Assembly: GCA_013265495.1 (NCBI GenBank)
Contig: MU057701.1
Coordinates: 1,488,001-1,531,607 of the forward strand
DNA: 43,607 nucleotides
Reading direction: 5' to 3'
Origin: Vicugna vicugna
Lineage: Eukaryota
The position numbers were made by a program, and so were the translations under genes. Positions 38,565-43,607 of the stretch are shown piece after piece. How positions within the stretch are numbered: position 1 is the first letter of the stretch; each line of letters starts with the position of its first letter. The notes under the pieces were generated by a model, which was given only the letters and a program-made list of their open reading frames with translations, was not told the DNA's origin and searched no databases.

Positions 38565-40370
38565 CAGAGCCCTCTTATCTTACCAGTTCACTGGGGACCA
38601 GCAGCTGGTCATTAATCAAAAAAGTCAGTTACGATAAAGAATCATGAGAAAATACATACACACCTTAAACATTTTCTTTTAACTTTCAGTAGTGTGATTC
38701 TTGAAGTTATAGAAATCTCTGATGTAAGTCAAGGTCTTTCCTTCAAATTTGGGTCCAACTGAATGGAGTTGTTCCCTTTCTCTTTTGCGTAAAGCACATT
38801 CACATGCCTCCTGTGACTTCTAGATTGAGATTAGATGTTTCAAACACCTCCTGAGTGGTCTGAGAGCGGAAGCCTAGCCTCCAGCTATTTACTCAGCTTA
38901 CAGCTGCGTCTCCCACATCGAAGTCCACAGGAGTTTTTGTAACAACTCCCTTGTATCGAGTCTTTCCGAAGATTGACCTTACCTCAGACTTGGTGGCACG
39001 TGTATTTTATCAGCTTATGGGGTATTTAAATCATAAGAACAAGTGGTAGAAGTGAGTCTGGGAAAGAACATAACAGCATAAAGCCGAGCAGGTGGGGGCA
39101 GAGGGACCCAGGCATGCAGGACAAGAGCCCCCGAGTCAGCGGTGAGGATGCCGGGGACGTCAGGCAGCGTCAGGCAGCACGAGCTGTGGAAACGGGGAGT
39201 ACTAAGGACCCAGTGAGTAGGTGGGACGCGGCAGTCAGGTAAGAGCTTCCATGCTGGTGGACTTGTCCCTCCTGTACTGAATCTATCACCGACCGAAGGA
39301 AAATTCTGCAGTAGAGCTAAGATGATGGCTTGGGAATTGAGACCTGCATCTTGTCCTGGTTTGTCACTGTCCAGCAGTGACCCTGCACTTGTCACTGTCA
39401 CTTTCCATCTATGACTTCATCTGGGGATGGTGACGTTTGCTCTGCTCGCCTCTCAGGACTCTTGTGAGGGTGAGTGACAGTAAGTAGGGTGTCATTAAGG
39501 TGAGTTTTCTACACTCTGGGCTTCCTGTCACTAGCACCTCCCTTGGTCTGGTGGAGAATCTGAGTGGTGGAGCCCTGCAGCAGGGACCCACACTGTGCCC
39601 AGGAGACCCCCGGTTTACACCCCAAGTAGACAGGCTAGAGGTCACACACGCACGTTCCACCTGTAGACACGGGATGGTTTCACGGGATAAGTAAGAGCTG
39701 TTATCAAATGTCAAAATGACCTCACTGGAAAGTTGTCAAATAATCTCTTTCTGGGGCTGTTTTTGCACCAAAAATTGTTGTTTCTATTTCGTTTATTAAT
39801 GAAGTTTTAAGACTGGTCCTGTGTGGCACCATGCTAGTCCTGGGGATCCGACAGGGAAGCTGACACACCAACATCCTTGCTGCAAGGAGTTCCATGCTGG
39901 CTGGGTAAACAGTAACTAACAGAGAGGTTGATTTGCAAACTGAGTTCCTGCTGCTCCATTCTTTGGCCATTGAATAAACCTGTGCTGTTCCAGTCCCACC
40001 ACTCCCACCCCGCAACCACAGAAAAAAGGAATACTAGCAGCTAGGAGAGAGTCCTGTGGGCCCGACACTGGTGTGAGTCCCCATTTCCACAGATTAACTC
40101 ACTCAGGCTTCACAAGAGCCCCGTGAGGTTATCCTCATCTTATTGTCGTGGATGGCGAGGCGCAGAGCCAGTGGCAGAGCCGGCGTCCCAGGCAGTCTTC
40201 CCCAGGGCCCAGTTCTCCCCTGGGAGCACCAGCACATGCAGGGGGCCCAGCACTGCTCTGAGCAATTGCAACACATTAGCCAGTTCTCCCAAGACACCTT
40301 CAAGGTGGCAGCAGCAGCAGCAACACCCCCTGCTCTCCCTGCTGAGCAAGAATGAGATTCCTCCACCTGA

Positions 40371-40637
<267 letters not shown>

Positions 40638-41491
40638 TGAACTGACACCCCTGTCGGAGGCTGGTGGAGGGCGGGGTAGGGGATCCTTGGAGGGCTGCCT
40701 TCTAGAGCCAAGCAGCTCCGAGGTCCATTCAGGTCACACGATGACCCGAGCAAGGCCTCTGTTTTCCAGCTTGTGACTTGTGAGGGTTAAAAAAAACAGT
40801 GTGAGGTCCCTCCCTGCCCCGGCAGTTGGGGAGACGGAATGTCCATGCTCCTTAAACCGGACTCACGTGTGGGCCTGCGGTCAGCAGGTGCGGCCTGGGC
40901 TTGGGGGCGGACAAGCTGGGTCGTTGCTCTCCAGGCACATGGGCCAACAGGTCTTCCTGACTTCAGGGTTTCTTGCATTATTGTTGGGCCTGGTAATCAC
41001 GGTTGGCATTGTAATATATTCTCTTCACACAGGCACCTCACTGCTGCCTTTTTTAAAAAAGTACAACTAATTTATTGTTTTGTTCATGGATTACTTTCCC
41101 TTTATCCTTGGAGACAAAACAGCTTAGCAGAAAGGCCGATAATCCCTTTATACAGCGATGAACGACTGCTGTTAATACCTTTCTATATAAATTATTTCTA
41201 GATATTGGCTATCTAGACATGTGTGCATATTTTTGTAAAAAATGGGTTAAAAGTACACGCTGTCTTGCAGCACACGCATTTTTAAACTTCATCTTGAATA
41301 TCTCTGCATGTTGATCCATATTCAGCCAGAGTGTTGATTTGGTCACTCACAGTCCAGTGAGTGGAGGCACAGTGGTGCTGCCCGGGCCTCGGACATCAGG
41401 GTCTCCAGTCACTCCTCTCCCCGAACCGCACCGCCAGTCCTCTCCGTCAGCTGAAGTTTGGCACAAGGTCTCACTTCCGCTATTGGAATGA

Positions 41492-41818
<327 letters not shown>

Positions 41819-41889
41819 TGAAACAAATGACCCGTAATCCGATAACTGAGAGATGACCATGGTTGACATTTTAATATATTTTCTTCGTA

Positions 41890-42374
41890 CAGGCAGACCT
41901 TGGGGATCTTATGGTTCAGTCCCAGAGCACCGTCATGAAGCAGATATCGCAATAAAGCGAGTCATACGAACTTTTTGCTTCCCTGGTGCATAAAAAAGTT
42001 ACGTTTACACTATCCTGTAGTCTGTTAAGTGGGCCATAGCATTATATCTAAAAAATAATGTACATATTTTAATCAAAAAATACATTATTGCTAAAAAATG
42101 CTAACCATCATCTGAGCCTTAGGCAAGTCGTAGTCTTTTTGCAGTAGTAACATCACTGATCATAGATTACAGATCACCATACCAAGTGTAACAATCATGA
42201 CGTTTGAAATACTGTGAGAATTAGCAAAATGTGACACAGAGACATGAAGTGAGCAATTGCTGTTGGGAAAATGGCACCAACAGACTTGCTGATGCAGGGT
42301 TGCCACAAACCTTCAATTTGTTTTAAACAGAAAAAGGCGGTATCTGTGAAGGGCACTGGAATGAGGTGTGCCTA
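41890..42374 (-). mobile_element. Tigger1-derived non-autonomous TcMar DNA transposon (about 485 bp, internally deleted)
   Basis: ta|caggcagacct...aggtgtgccta TIR-like ends; Tigger1 subterminal motifs (gatatcgcaataaagcgagtca; aaaatggcaccaacagacttgctgatgcagggttgccacaaaccttcaatttgt). Confidence 0.85.
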
Positions 42375-43607
42375 TCTATATACGTGTGATTAGGGTCAAC
42401 TTGTACAGATAGTTTTGTGTCGTTTTTAAAATGTATATAATATTTACGTATTTTTCCACATTAAATTTCTAAAATCTTTATGACTATACTCTTCTGTCAT
42501 ATGGGTGAACCATAATTGAAAACCTATATTATGAGAACATTCAAATACACAAGTACAAAAGTAGAGGAAACACTATAATGGACTCTCATTTATCAGCCAG
42601 CTTCAACAAGTATTAACTCAACCTCTGCCCTCTCTCCACCCCGTCTGACCCCAGATTATTTGTAAGCAAACCTCAGGCATCATCTAATTTCATTCAAGTT
42701 TCATAAATATAAACATTCCCTTACTTTGGATTTTTTTTTCCTATCATCTTTTACTCAGTCTTTGCCCAGATCTCTTTTTCCTTCAAATAGATTCTGAGAG
42801 GTTACGTGATAGGGTCATCAAATATGCTCTCTGCTGGTGCTTTGACTATTCTGAGGCTTTGTGATTCTGCCTGATGGCTTTGTGAAAAGATGACGTGTTT
42901 CTGAAAGTCTCCCTGGTGTGAGTTCAGCAAAACTCATCCCAGCGCATCCTTCCCAGCGCACCTGCTCTGAAAGGCAGGCACTGGGGCAGTGCTTTTCCGC
43001 CTGGGCCTGGGCCAGAGCAGAGCTTGGATTTGGAAGTGACTGTCAGGCTGTCCCGGAGTCTCACTAGAGCTGTGGCCATGGTGGGGCCCCCAGGATGTAA
43101 GCTCCTTGAGGGCAGGAGCATCTGATTTCCGGATTTATCACTGTGTTCCTACTGCCTGGGGTACTGCCTGGTCACTATTTGGATGGATTGGGAGGGTGAC
43201 GCTTCAATGCTGTTCCCCATGGCAGCAGTGGGTACGTATAACAAAGAGCAAGATTGATCACTGTGTCCCACGGAATGTAACATGAAATTTCTGAGGTCAG
43301 ATGTCTTCAACAGGTCTCCGAAAACTAGCCAGGTCATTTTGATGATGACAAGATGTCGAACAGAAATAAAACTCACACACGGACCTTTCCCCTACGAGGG
43401 GTTAGGACGTAAACTCTTAGTATCTCCAAGTCACATGTCTTGGCTTCCGTCCATATCACCAGCTGTACCGGCTTTGCAACTGAGAACCATGTGTCCCCAG
43501 CATGCCCCAGTTGACCATCAATCCCCTCAAAGGCTTTCCTTGCACAATTGCAAGTTAGATGGTCAGACGACCTGGCTTTGTCTCCATTGCAGAAAGAAAA
43601 GACTGCG

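Overview
Mammalian genomic DNA containing the middle of ERN1 (IRE1-alpha, the ER-stress sensor kinase/endoribonuclease) on the + strand. I can place 17 consecutive coding exons (exons 3-19 by human numbering), all with GT-AG introns. They total 2348 nt and join in one stop-free frame covering most of the luminal domain, the transmembrane helix, the Gln/Ser-rich linker, the whole kinase domain and the start of the KEN/RNase region. Exons 1-2 and 20 onward lie outside the window. The introns hold ancient mammalian repeats (MaLR/MLT1 LTRs, L1, L2, MIR, MER5-type hAT, a Tigger1 derivative) and five copies of a tRNA-Ala-derived SINE resembling camelid Vic-1, which suggests a camel, llama or alpaca genome. 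Nearly all entries in the six-frame ORF track are chance ORFs or exon read-throughs. I found no convincing undescribed gene system. The leads worth testing are inverted SINE pairs bracketing phase-symmetric exon blocks, splice-site and poly(A) features around the transmembrane exon, a nested L1/SINE insertion, candidate UPR feedback motifs and a possible IRE1 self-cleavage hairpin.
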